This document shows positions 36,224-46,970 of a stretch of DNA of 64,000 nucleotides, piece after piece. Within the stretch, counting starts at the first letter, position 1, and each line of letters starts with the position of its first letter. This DNA is from Trypanosoma brucei (lineage: Eukaryota). The notes under the pieces are model-generated. The model ran no database searches and had not been told where the DNA came from. It saw only the letters and a list, made by a program, of their open reading frames with translations. The position numbers were made by a program, and so were the translations under genes. Location of the stretch: contig AE017150.2 in the NCBI GenBank assembly GCA_000002445.1, positions 576,001-640,000 on the forward strand, given 5' to 3'.

Positions 36224-37534
36224 ATGATGAAGTATTTGCTGGTATTTGCAATTATTGCCACAAGAATCCCTGTGTTGTTGGCGACTAATGGTGGAGATAA
36301 ACATGTGAAAGCTAACAAGAAGTTGACGAAAGAGGGAGCAGCGGCACTCTGTAAAATGAAGCATCTTGCTGATAAAGTTGCAGAGGAGAGATCACAAGAG
36401 TTGAAGGATAGAACTCAAATTTTTGCTGGTTATATAGAGTTCGAGTTGTATAGAATAGATTATTGGTTGGAAAAGCTGAACGGTCCGAAGGGGCGAAAAG
36501 ACGGTTATGCTAAGCTGTCTGACTCTGATATAGAAAAAGTAAAGGAGATATTCAACAAGGCAAAAGATGGAATAGCTAAGCAACTCCCTGAGGCAAAGAA
36601 AGCCGGTGAGGAAGCTGAAAAACTACACACCGAAGTGAAGAAGGCCGCGGCGAATGCACGTGGAGTGAGGTTAAGTGAAGGAACGAACTCTAGTGGCCTT
36701 TACAGGATTTTGGATTGGTATTGTTTTAAAGAAGGGGAGAATGCGGGTAAGAGCGACAACTGTGATGGCGTCAAGTTCAGCGTGCATTACGAAACGCACA
36801 GAAGAAGGAATGTTATTGACTGCAGCAGCACCGGCTATGAGGAGAATTATGATTGGTCTGCGAACGCGCTGCAGGTGGCCCTAAATAGCTGGGAGAATGT
36901 GAAGCCAAAAAAATTGGAGTCAGCCGGGTCGGACATGAATTGCAACATCGGCCAATCTTCCGAGAGCCATCCATGCACCATGACAGAGGAGTGGCAGACT
37001 CCATACAAGGAAACTGTCGAAAAGCTAAGGGAACTTGAGGATGCGTACCAAAGGGGAAAGAAGGCTCATGATGCTATGTTGGGTTACGCTAATACCGCAT
37101 ATGCTGTGAACACGAAAGTGGAACAGGAAAAGCCGCTGACAGAGGTGATAGCGGCAGCCAAGGAAGCAGGGAAAAAGGGCGCGAAAATTATAATACCCGC
37201 AGCTGCCCCAGCAACACCGACTAACAGCACAAAAAATGAAGATAGTGCTTCAACCGAGCATGTTGATAGAGGGATTGCAACAAATGAAACACAGGTGGAA
37301 GTTGGTATTGATGCTGACTTTGATAGTCTCCTAGATGCCACAGAGGCTGCAGAGGTAACGCGTAGACATCAGAGAACAGCAATGATTATATTGGCAGTCC
37401 TTGTACCTGCCATTATTCTTGTGGTTACGGCCGTTGCATTCTTCATAATGGTGAAACGAAGGAGGAATAGCTCCCAGGATGTGGACACCGGAAAAGCGGA
37501 GGGTGGGGTTTCTAGCGTAAAAGTAGTAATGTAG
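36224..37534 (+). CDS. ISG65: ISG65-like type I membrane protein, copy 5 (tail K-to-Q variant)
   Basis: 436 aa. Tail reads …RRRNSSQDVDTGK…. Also carries RTQIFAGY and AANARGVRL patches. Confidence 0.7.
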   Translation: MMKYLLVFAIIATRIPVLLATNGGDKHVKANKKLTKEGAAALCKMKHLADKVAEERSQELKDRTQIFAGYIEFELYRIDYWLEKLNGPKGRKDGYAKLSDSDIEKVKEIFNKAKDGIAKQLPEAKKAGEEAEKLHTEVKKAAANARGVRLSEGTNSSGLYRILDWYCFKEGENAGKSDNCDGVKFSVHYETHRRRNVIDCSSTGYEENYDWSANALQVALNSWENVKPKKLESAGSDMNCNIGQSSESHPCTMTEEWQTPYKETVEKLRELEDAYQRGKKAHDAMLGYANTAYAVNTKVEQEKPLTEVIAAAKEAGKKGAKIIIPAAAPATPTNSTKNEDSASTEHVDRGIATNETQVEVGIDADFDSLLDATEAAEVTRRHQRTAMIILAVLVPAIILVVTAVAFFIMVKRRRNSSQDVDTGKAEGGVSSVKVVM

Positions 37535-37847
37535 ACTCACCTTCACTCTTGGACAAATGTGCAGTTTTTTTTTTTAAACAGCGAGTGTAAATAAGGAAAA
37601 CCAAAGAGAATAAAAATGATAATGAGTTGAATGAAAGTATATAGATTCATGAGATAAGGAAGAAGGTCTAGCAGCCTTTTCGTTGTTTTTGTTTTGTGGT
37701 AATACCTTACCTATATTTTTTTTAAAAATAAAGAATTGACACAATAGAGTAAATATTTTCGCTTGAAGAAGCCGTTGTTGATTTTCTCTTCCAGTCGTAA
37801 ATTCAGCTGATCGTTTAAAGCATCTATCTCTCACACTGTACGTCATC

Positions 37848-38225
37848 ATGGCTAGCATGCTTCATGAAACTGCCACAACCGTATCATACAGGGGAGCGCT
37901 ATGCAAATTAGCAGGTGTTGAGCTACAAGGGATTAATTTATCACCACCTCAAAGGCTGTGCCACTTGGGGTTGCTGATCAGTCGTGAGATCAACTGGCTG
38001 GCAGCAGTCCTCGAGGAATGGGAAGAAAAATATATGCTTTTGACATGTGTGCCGTACCGTGGTGTTGTGGACGCGTTTACAACCCTGCTCAGGACAATTA
38101 AGCGGCACCTGGAGACAGAGAACAGTTCAAAGGACAATGAAAAGGAGTGGGATGCGTTGCTGGCTTCTAGCATTACTGAATTTCAGGTGGAGGTTATGGA
38201 AATCGGAAAGGGTAAGAGTTACTAG
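37848..38225 (+). CDS. array-associated 125-aa hypothetical protein, copy 6
   Basis: MASM/CHLGLL haplotype, identical to copy 3. Confidence 0.5.
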   Translation: MASMLHETATTVSYRGALCKLAGVELQGINLSPPQRLCHLGLLISREINWLAAVLEEWEEKYMLLTCVPYRGVVDAFTTLLRTIKRHLETENSSKDNEKEWDALLASSITEFQVEVMEIGKGKSY

Positions 38226-39765
38226 CATTTTTTTCTTTTCTTCCTAAATGGACATTTAACTTTTTTTCCTCTTTTTTTTACGGTGGTATATCCTCTTTTT
38301 TTGTCACCCAATGGTTAAATTACCATGCGGTGACAAAACAAAGACTCGGTTTTTAAACTCATTGAGAATAATAGAGTACGCATACCTAAAAAAAAGTGTA
38401 TGCGGAGTGGATTATGTATTCTCATGAAATCAATCATTCAAATATCTAATGCAAAGCGCAAACAACTGTACGACGGAAATTTTTTAAATTTTTGCGGTGC
38501 CTCTATAAATAACTCCTTCACTAACCGTTATTGCTCGACGTAGCATCACTAGGTAAACCTTTACGCGTTCGTCTGCTTTGAATGCACTAGTTCATACAGC
38601 TCCCTAAAGTCTAACTCCGTCTCAACTTTTTCCCCACTCTTACACATCGAATAGTCTTCGACAAAATACAAACCCTTGGGAGTCACACCTCCACAAGAAA
38701 TTAGTTATAGCTAGCCTTCCCCCACTGCGCAGATTATGCATCCTTATCAATTGCCTCGGCTGATAACTTAAATTGACAGCGTAATTGAACTATCCGTCTC
38801 TGTTATGAGTCCCTGATGGCAGTACTCGTGGTTTCCATAGGATGGGGAACGATCCGTCCGAATAATCCAAATTTGAGGGGTTAAAGGGTAGTAAAATACA
38901 TTACTTTCATCAGATGAAGAACACACGAAATGACTTAAGGGTGCGAGAGTGGCATTCTGAACCTGTAAAATGTGTACCTTGCCTGCTTCTTCATGCCATG
39001 AAATGTAAATATATCCCAAACATTCAAGTCTGCTTTGTCGATACATTTGTCACAGAAGTGTAGTAGGTTACATGGTCTGTGTGAACTGAGGATCGAAAGC
39101 TCTCAGGTGGCAATGCTTGGCGGTGTAATGTATGCATGGCCGCAGTGTTGAATACCATTCCTTATATCTACTCGATGAGTTCAGTTTTGGCGAGTTAGCC
39201 TATGATTGTGTCTTCGATGTTTTATCTCGGGGTTTAGTAGAGGTGGACACATATAAAGTTATGGGGGCGGCTGTTACCTGTGGGAGTCCTATTATAAAGT
39301 GGTAAGTACTGTGCCTCTTTTATGGGTGCTGTCAGACAAGCATTTTGTTTTGTGTGGAGACGAACTTTCCTCCATCTGCTTTGGAGGGACGATTTAAGTC
39401 ACTGCTGGTTTCTGTTGTGCAATAGAAACGCGAGAGGCAAAGTGTGTCTGTTGAAGTGCGATAATTCTTTTTGGGCGCGTCTTCATTACCGGGATGTTGG
39501 GAATGCTGATTACTGCTGTTTCCACTGTAGTGAGGCGAATAAACAGCTGCAAGTGTGTTTCGGATCCCTTTAGTTTTTAGTAAATCCTTTTCCGAATATG
39601 TGAATACCAAGCATACACACGCAATAATTTCCAAGCTAATATTTGTAACTCTGGATATTTCACAACTTGGGTATGTATGTAACATTGTAAATTGCTTTGC
39701 TTCTTTTGCAAAATCATTTGTGGAAGAGTTCTTGATAAGACTGAAAGGTGGAATAATATAAAAAA

Positions 39766-41079
39766 ATGATGAAGTATTTGCTGGTATTTGCAATTATTAC
39801 CACAAGAATCCCTGTGTTGTTAGTAATTGGCAGTGAGGATAACCGTGTTCCAGGAGACAAGAAGTTGACGAAAGAGGGAGCAGCGGCACTCTGTAAAATG
39901 AAGCATCTTGCTGATAAAGTTGCAGAGAAAGGAGCAGAGGACTTGAAGAAGAAAACTCAAAATTTTGCTGGTTTTATAGAGTTTGAGCAGGAGAAAGTTG
40001 ATAACTGGTTGGAGAAGCTGAGAAACCGGAAACAGTATAGCGACGGCTACGCTAAGCTATCTGATTCTGACGTTGAAAAAGTGAAGGAGATATTCGACAA
40101 GGCAAAAGATGGAATAACTAAACAACTCCCAGAAGCGGAGAAAGAGGCTAGAGAAGCTGAGAGGCTGTACGATGAAGTGAAGAAGGCGGCACAGGATGCA
40201 CGCGGACAGGATCTTGATGACGATACGGCGAAGTCCACGGGCTTGTACAGGGTGCTGAATTGGTACTGTATCACCAAAGACAACAACAAAGATATCACCC
40301 ACAATTGTGACGATGGGATCAAATTCAGAGATCATTATCTGTCGGTGAATAGAAGCGCTATTGACTGCAGCAGCACCGGCTATAAGGAGGATTATGATTG
40401 GTCTGCGAACGCGCTGCAGTCGGCTTTGAATGACTGGGAGAATGTGAAGCCAAAGGAAGTAAAACCAGAGAGCGGTGGTAATGACGTGTGCAAAAAGGAC
40501 GAATCTTCCGAGAGCCATCCGTGCACCATGACAGGAGGGTGGCAGACTCACTACAAGGATAGTATATTGAAGTTGAAAGAACTTGAAGATGCGCACAAAA
40601 GGGGAAAGGCGGCTCATGATGCTATGTTGGGTTACGCTAATACTGCACATGCGGCGAACACGAAAGTGGAACAGGAAAAGCCGCTGGCAGAGGTGATAAC
40701 GGCAGCCAAGGACGCAGGGAAAAAGGGCGCGAAAATTATAATACCCGCAGCTGCCCCAGCAACATCAACCGATAGCACAAAAAGTGAAGATAGTGCTCCA
40801 GCCGAGCATGTTGATAGAGGGATTGCAACAAATGAAACACAGGTGGAAGTTGGTATTGATGCTGACTTTGATAGTCTGCTGGAGGCCGCTGAAGCTGCCG
40901 AAGTAAAAAGCAGACATCAGAGAACAGCAATGATTATATTGGCAGTCCTTGTACCTGCCATTATTCTGGCTGCGGCCGTTGCATTCTTCATAATGGTGAA
41001 ACGAAGGAGGAATAGCTCCCAGGATGTGGACACTGGAAAAGCGGAGGGTGGGGTTTCTAGCGTAAAAGTAGTAATGTAG
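39766..41079 (+). CDS. ISG65: ISG65-like type I membrane protein, copy 6 (divergent terminal copy, 437 aa)
   Basis: Same architecture and identical C-terminal 30 aa apart from K-to-Q. The ectodomain is diverged throughout (about 75-80% aa identity by eye): …KGAEDLKKKTQNFAGFIEFEQEKVDNWLEKLRNRKQYSDGY…, …KDNNKDITHNCDDGIKFRDHYLSVNRSAIDCSS…. Confidence 0.7.
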   Translation: MMKYLLVFAIITTRIPVLLVIGSEDNRVPGDKKLTKEGAAALCKMKHLADKVAEKGAEDLKKKTQNFAGFIEFEQEKVDNWLEKLRNRKQYSDGYAKLSDSDVEKVKEIFDKAKDGITKQLPEAEKEAREAERLYDEVKKAAQDARGQDLDDDTAKSTGLYRVLNWYCITKDNNKDITHNCDDGIKFRDHYLSVNRSAIDCSSTGYKEDYDWSANALQSALNDWENVKPKEVKPESGGNDVCKKDESSESHPCTMTGGWQTHYKDSILKLKELEDAHKRGKAAHDAMLGYANTAHAANTKVEQEKPLAEVITAAKDAGKKGAKIIIPAAAPATSTDSTKSEDSAPAEHVDRGIATNETQVEVGIDADFDSLLEAAEAAEVKSRHQRTAMIILAVLVPAIILAAAVAFFIMVKRRRNSSQDVDTGKAEGGVSSVKVVM

Positions 41080-41199
41080 ACTCACCTTCACTCTTATACA
41101 AATGTGCAGGTTTTTTTTTAAACAGCGAGTGTAAATAAAAAAAAAATAATAATGACAGTGAATTGAAAACAGCTGCATAGATCCGTGAGACAGGGAAGA

Positions 41200-43440
41200 A
41201 GTGCCGGCGACCTTTGCTTTTCTTTTTCCTTTTTTTCACTACTTTTATGGCCGTCCGTAAGGCGGTCTATAGAAAGGTAACGCCTTTCTGCGGAACGGTT
41301 TCCCACGCCGTAGTTGTTGTTTCCACCTTGCTCATCGTAAATGAGTGTTTCTACCGGAACTAACTGTCATGTAAACTATAAGCTTCTTCACCTCTTGCTA
41401 AACTAGGAGTTTCATGTTGCGACAATAAGCACATCCCTTGACGCACTCAGTGTTCTTTCCATACGGAAGTTGCCTGTGGTTTTCAATCTTTGAGAGGTAT
41501 TACCTTGTTTGTGGAATGTGGACCGGAGGGCGGTGGCGGAGACTGGTACCGGAAGGCCATTTGGCACTGTGTCTACCTGGTGGCGTCGTAGGGGGCACCG
41601 GGTAACGAGGCGAGGGCGCGATGTGGAGTCGCCTTTTGGGTCATGGGGTTTTTGTTTTACCGGGAGACATGGCTCCTTTTTTCGTCCGCCTCCACCTGGA
41701 CTCTTACTTCACGCTCTGCTTTCGCTTCCCATGTAACGCAAAGGCGCGGGGGCATTATGTACGATGCCGCAGGGGGCGGGTTGCTGGGCACATTCGTGTT
41801 CACATGACTGGCGCAGTTCCGTTAAGCTTAGAACGACCAACGCGGCTGGCATCTTCTCAAAAGAGCGTGGCGTTGGGGCGCTCCCCCGAATTTGCTCGGG
41901 AAGGTAATGCAGTACAATTTCTTCATCGTGACGAGGCGGGTTGTCTTCGGTCTCTTTGCTGGCTCACCGATGTGGGCGTACAGTCTCGTCCTTCCCGAGA
42001 AGTTTTTCGTGCAGCACTGACCTCTCTGGACAGGGAAATTTTACCACTCGTCAGAGCGCCGAAATGTAATGCCGTCGAAACTTCAGGAAGCCAAATCGTT
42101 ACTACTCCTTGAGGGTAAGGCGGTGAGACCTCTCCCCTCTGTTTTATTGGCTGTGGTTGCGTTTCCTCCACCACTGTTGGCGGCTTTTTTTTCCACTGCA
42201 TCTGTGAGCCCATTTTTTCCCCTTAGCTCCTTCGGGGCGCCATGCTGCAGCTGGCGGTCGACAATTTCTGGCAACCAATCTCTAATCTTCTTTGGAAACG
42301 ATTGTTGTGTAGCCCGCTAAAACCCTTCAGCGCGCTCTGTTAGCATCGCATCTACAGCTAAACATAACTCCTCTTTACAACTTTCGGTTCCAGCGCACGG
42401 AAGGTTAATTGCTTTTTCTGACATTTGGGAGCCGCACCGTGCATTTGTCTTCTCAGGCCTCTGAGGTTTTCGAGACGCAAAGCTGTTCCTCACCCCGGAG
42501 ATATCACAACCACTGATGCGGGGATGGATCCCCCATGAGCACTGCTTTGAAGCTTGTCGAGGTCCGTTTTCCTTTTTCTTTTCGGACGGGTGCCTGAATT
42601 CCTGCATGTGGTTCCTAAAGTTGGGGAAGCGCTTATTGGCGCTGTGTGCCAGCGGTCATGTGTAGTTTGCGCATTCATTCGTCCCGTGAGCGAGCCCCAA
42701 CGTAGCGGTGGGATCGTTGCAACAGAAGAGGAAGAGAAAGAGAGGTTGAAAGTCTATTCTAAGGCGGATATTGTTCCGGGTCTTTTCCCAAGAGCGTAAC
42801 CCTCTGGACACGCATTGTGTACGATTGGTCTTTGGACGCGAAAGGGTACGTTCAGCAAGGCCGCTCATACGGAACGCCCAACCAAAACGTTCCTGTTTCC
42901 GTCAAACCATTATGGAAAAGAAATTGCCAGTAGTTTGAAAGCATTTAACCAATGCAACACTTCTCACTCTTTTTCTTGAGTCCCCGTCTTTTGGCGATAT
43001 CTCCAATCTTACGCGGTGGTTACACTCGCACTTCCCCCTTTAATCCTTCAACCACACTGATTTTTCCTCTAATAATTATTAAGCACTACCTTAGCATAAG
43101 CAAGACCATCCGCTACCAGGGGTAAATGTGTCCTTGGCGACTTTTTCCCTACCCGCAGCATCCCCCCTTTTTTGTTTCAAAACCGACCCAAATCTATTTA
43201 AGGTAACGGAACAGCGTCAGTATACGCGCATGTATATATGCCCCTTTTTAAAAATCCATTCCTTCTGCCGCTGACCGAACAACACAAGGGTAGGGGACCG
43301 GAAAAGAAAGAAAACCAAACCCTCCAGAGACAGTGGGGGCCTCTTTAACAGGGCAAGGCCGCTGTTTACCGCAATAAAATCCTCGAAACAAATTTTCCAC
43401 GGAGAAGCTGCTTTGCCGCCTTGTGTCAGAAATGGCGGTG
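41200..43440. terminator. convergent strand-switch region between the plus- and minus-strand polycistronic units (putative RNA pol II termination zone)
   Basis: The last plus-strand gene ends at 41079 and the first minus-strand gene ends (its 3' end) at 43489. Between them lies a GC-rich segment unlike the AT-rich intergenic DNA elsewhere, with no convincing coding ORF. No tRNA signature (GTTCGAATCC-type T-arm) was found by eye. Confidence 0.5.
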
Positions 43441-43488
43441 AATACTAGGAAGAAAAGAAAAAGATGTGATGGTGGGTCCTTTCCTCAG

Positions 43489-44136
43489 TTACACCATTTC
43501 CACTCTCCTTGGATATCCCTGAACCCTCATTTGATGTTGTTGTTGTGTCAGCAGGCACCCCAAAATCATCTCTTGGAGGGCCAGCCAAGCCCCGGGAACA
43601 AAACGAGGATCCCATAACAACAATAACAACGGAAGGAAGCAGGCAGCCGCTATGACCACTGTGTTCACGAGACTTTCCTGAAGTCCATAGTGTTGAAGAA
43701 CCATGAACCGATTCGCAAACACGGCGCACCACGGGCAGCAGAAGACTTCCGTGCCCATACAACATTTTTCGAACCCATGACAAACACAGCATGAGCACTG
43801 GCCACACATACCACCAAAGCAGGTGTATTGTTGAAAGTCGCTTAGTAGTAGCGCTTCCCGTTGCGCATAGGCACAAAATATGGTACCAGCACAGGAACCC
43901 AAGCAAAAGCAGCAATCTTTACAAGGGGCGGTGATCATTCCTGTTTCCCACTCATTTTCGGACCCCGGCGCACCCGACGCTCCATCACCAAACCCTTGGC
44001 CGGGAGGAACGTACGTTGACTTGGGAGGTTGGGGATATCCCTGGCCTGGTTTTGAAATGTCAACTTCACCCACTACAGGTGCCATTTCAGTTTCCCTTCC
44101 CCCACTTGGGTAGCTTTGGGCGGGGTTTTCAGACAT
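43489..44136 (-). CDS. PLAC8 (cell-number-regulator / DUF614) family Cys-rich protein with Pro/Gly-rich N-terminus
   Basis: CKDCCFCLGSCAGTIFCAYAQRE … CFGGMCGQCSCCVCHGFEKCCMGTEVFCCPWCAVFANRFM is the characteristic PLAC8 Cys pattern. N-terminal region is PGQGYPQPPKSTYVPPGQGFG. The first ATG is at 44136 (the track start 44169 is GTG). Confidence 0.6.
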   Translation of the reverse strand: MSENPAQSYPSGGRETEMAPVVGEVDISKPGQGYPQPPKSTYVPPGQGFGDGASGAPGSENEWETGMITAPCKDCCFCLGSCAGTIFCAYAQREALLLSDFQQYTCFGGMCGQCSCCVCHGFEKCCMGTEVFCCPWCAVFANRFMVLQHYGLQESLVNTVVIAAACFLPLLLLLWDPRFVPGAWLALQEMILGCLLTQQQHQMRVQGYPRRVEMV

Positions 44137-46938
44137 GCAGCGTACTCTTGATTTTAAATTACTAACCACTGGTTGTGCAGAACCCGTAAGTGAAAAAGGC
44201 GAAGCGCTTTTACCATTTTCAGCAGGGGCGAACGGACCAGTGGTTTTATTAAATTGCGACTGGAAGAAAAAGTGACGTCACCAACCCGCTGACGAAACGG
44301 CGCGCGGACTATTCATTCTGAGATGGTCCGGAATTACGCTGAATAGTAAAAACAGCGATGGCGTACCTGGAAACGGCGTGTGGGTGTCTGCAGCGCAGTG
44401 CGGATCAACACCGTGCGGTATCATGATATTCACCACAGTTCCAAACGAATTTATATAAGGGAGTGCGTATGGAAAAATCCGGCGCCAAGTTTACAGCATT
44501 CTAGACGGTGTTAAAATTGCCCTCCTTTTACACGTTGACACAACTGTGGTATCAGCATCACTTTTTATGGTTCCCTTTACTCCGCCACAAAAGCAACTGC
44601 GCTTCTTAATACCGTAAAACGTTATAACTCCTTCTCCTTTCTCCATTGTTTGCTACCTCCCAATCACATGCCACTAAATCGTGGCGCAACCTTCTCCCCA
44701 TTTTCCGGTATGTCACTTCGCCACATCCAAATGAACTGGTACATTTTAATTTGTGGCGCCACATGTCTTTAATCAAATGTACCCATTGCTTCATTCCAAA
44801 CAACATATGTGCACAAATACGTCCCTCCCTATTCGCGTTTGGCGACGGAAATGGCAATATTCCCTTCTTTTTTTTCTTTTCCTCAACACCAACACGCTCC
44901 ACCCCGTAAGATCAAAATATTTCTTGTAAAGTCAAAACCATAATCCACCAGCTCCAATTGCTTTTACCGGTGTGGCGCCCGTCGTCTTTCCCCCCTCGTG
45001 AGAAGCGGCACCATCGGGGAAGTTTTGAGGGAGATGTGATGATATCGTGCATTTGAGCTTCAGTGCAAAGCGCAGAGCAGACAAACACACACGTAAAAGT
45101 GGTAAACATTGTTTAGAAATGAGACATCACTAAACCTTTCCTTTCTTTAGCGTTGGCACTTATTGAAACTTAAAACTGACAATACACCTTACATAATCCC
45201 TTTACGACTCCATTTCCCTTGTCGGCTGGGTAGTTTTTTTTTTCCCCCTTTTTCCCTCTTTTTGGAAGCTTCATTCCTCTCACCTATCGGAGTGTTTCAC
45301 CTGAATTAAGATGAGTAACCGGCATTATTCCTTCAGGTGTTCTGTGAAGTCCCTTAAACGGGATCCTATTATTATTATTATTGTTATTACAGTTAACGAG
45401 TCCGGATAAATAACTTCCCTTCATTGTTAGCGCACCTTCCCTCCACTATTCATCAGAATCAACAACATTTAACAACAACTGCAACGCACCTCGCTTTCCA
45501 ACACTCAACTGTTGAGAGTTTTTTTTTTCTTTTCCATCCTTGAGGCTTTAGCGTGTTATGAAATCGGGTCCGCTCAAATTGCGAGGCTTAAATTACCATT
45601 TATTTATTTTGCCCCCGTGTATGCAATAACATGTGCAAACCACCACGTATAGCCGGATGGAAAAAAATGATAATAATAAAATAAGGCGACATTATCCGAT
45701 AATTACGCACCATTTTCTCTTTACAATATCATTGGGAGTAAATTGTGCTCTCGTATGCGCGGCGAGATTACGAGACAATAGTGAAGTCAGAAAAAAAATA
45801 ATAATAATATAAACATGTTTTACCGGCAAAAGAAAAAAGCCGATTTAAAAGGAAATGTTTGTGCATTCCCTTACAGAAGTGAGGAATTGGAGGGGGGGGG
45901 GGAGGAATTATTGAGTCCGGTTACTGTTTTTTTTTTTAAATTAAATTTAATCTAATTTAACTTTATTATCCCCCATTGGAGTAAATTCACCTTCAGGGTT
46001 ACAAATATGAAGTGGAGGCGCAAACAAAAACATACCTCTGGTTGAAGTCCGCGACTGATACATTTATATTTGACCCCCACTTTTTTTTTTAAATCCTGAG
46101 GAAAAAAAAAAACTCAATAGTCGCTTATAATTCAATACAAAAACCTTTTTTTTTTTTTAAAGACGCGAGTTGCAACATTGCGGTTGCGCATGGAGAGGCT
46201 TCCAAAAGTTTGTTTGAGCTTACGGACGCGTGTATTTGTGGAAACTTTTGCATTTAAACTAAAAAGAAATAAATAAATAAATATATATTTCTATATTTAT
46301 ATATTTGAGCTTATGTAAGCAATTACCTTTTTTATATTCATGTACAAATGGAGGGGAGAGGATGGAAGAAAAAAAATAAAAAGAGAAGAAAAGAAAAGAG
46401 AAAATACCTGTGACTAGTAATTAAGCAAAACGAACCATTCACAGGATCTGGTAAATTAAAATAACAGCAGAAATAGAAAGAAAAGGAAAAAAAAAGGAGG
46501 AATTAAAATGGGTTCGTGAAGTTAATCTACCGTCCTGTTGGGTTTCGCTGTTGGACTCAACCCTCACTGTTACAATCATTAAAAGGAAAGAAAGAAAAAA
46601 AAAGAAAAAAAAACAAATACGAATAAATAAAAAAATTTTTGTACCGTTTAATTAATAAGCAGAAGTGAGTCGAAAACGTTCGCAAACAAACAAATAAATA
46701 AAAAGATGAGAGAAGCGAAGAGGGAAAATTAAAAAAAAAAATCAAGAAAAAAAAGAAGAAAAAGGAAAAAAAAAGCCCCCATCCGCTTTTTCTCTCCCCG
46801 TTTCCCGTCACTAAACATTTCCGTCCATTCCGCATTCCATATGTATGAAATAAGCAGTTGGGAGGAGAGCGGGTTATGTGGAAGGACTTAAATAAAAATA
46901 AGTGAACGAATAAACATGCGAACCACCACCAAAGTTAC

Positions 46939-46970
46939 TACAACCACAACCACAACCACAACCACAACAA
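46939..46970. repeat. (CAACCA)n microsatellite
   Basis: ctacaaccacaaccacaaccacaaccacaac. Confidence 0.85.

Larger units (their letters stand above)
19984..41200 (+). repeat. head-to-tail tandem array, six units of about 3542 bp (two-gene unit: 125-aa ORF plus ISG65-like gene)
   Basis: ISG-gene start codons at 22050, 25594, 29140, 32681, 36224 and 39766, giving spacings of 3544/3546/3541/3543/3542. Intergenic sequence is near-identical between units. Homology begins at ggtaataccttacctata… (about 19984) and decays about 120 nt after the copy-6 stop. Confidence 0.95.

Noticed and set aside
19984..41200. CRISPR array or transposon interpretation of the regular 3.5-kb periodicity
   Set aside because: Units are 3.5 kb protein-coding repeats in a eukaryotic (kinetoplastid) context. 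No short spacer/repeat structure, inverted repeats or transposase.
41621..42112. 163-aa + strand ORF and overlapping ORFs in the GC-rich strand-switch region
   Set aside because: Arg/Gly/Ala-rich composition is the typical product of GC-rich non-coding DNA, and it overlaps ORFs on both strands. Kept only as an alternative hypothesis for the SSR finding.
41200..43440. tRNA gene at the convergent strand-switch region
   Set aside because: Searched by eye for T-arm (GGTTCGAAT/ GGTTCAAAT) and its reverse complement and found none. Cannot exclude without tRNAscan.
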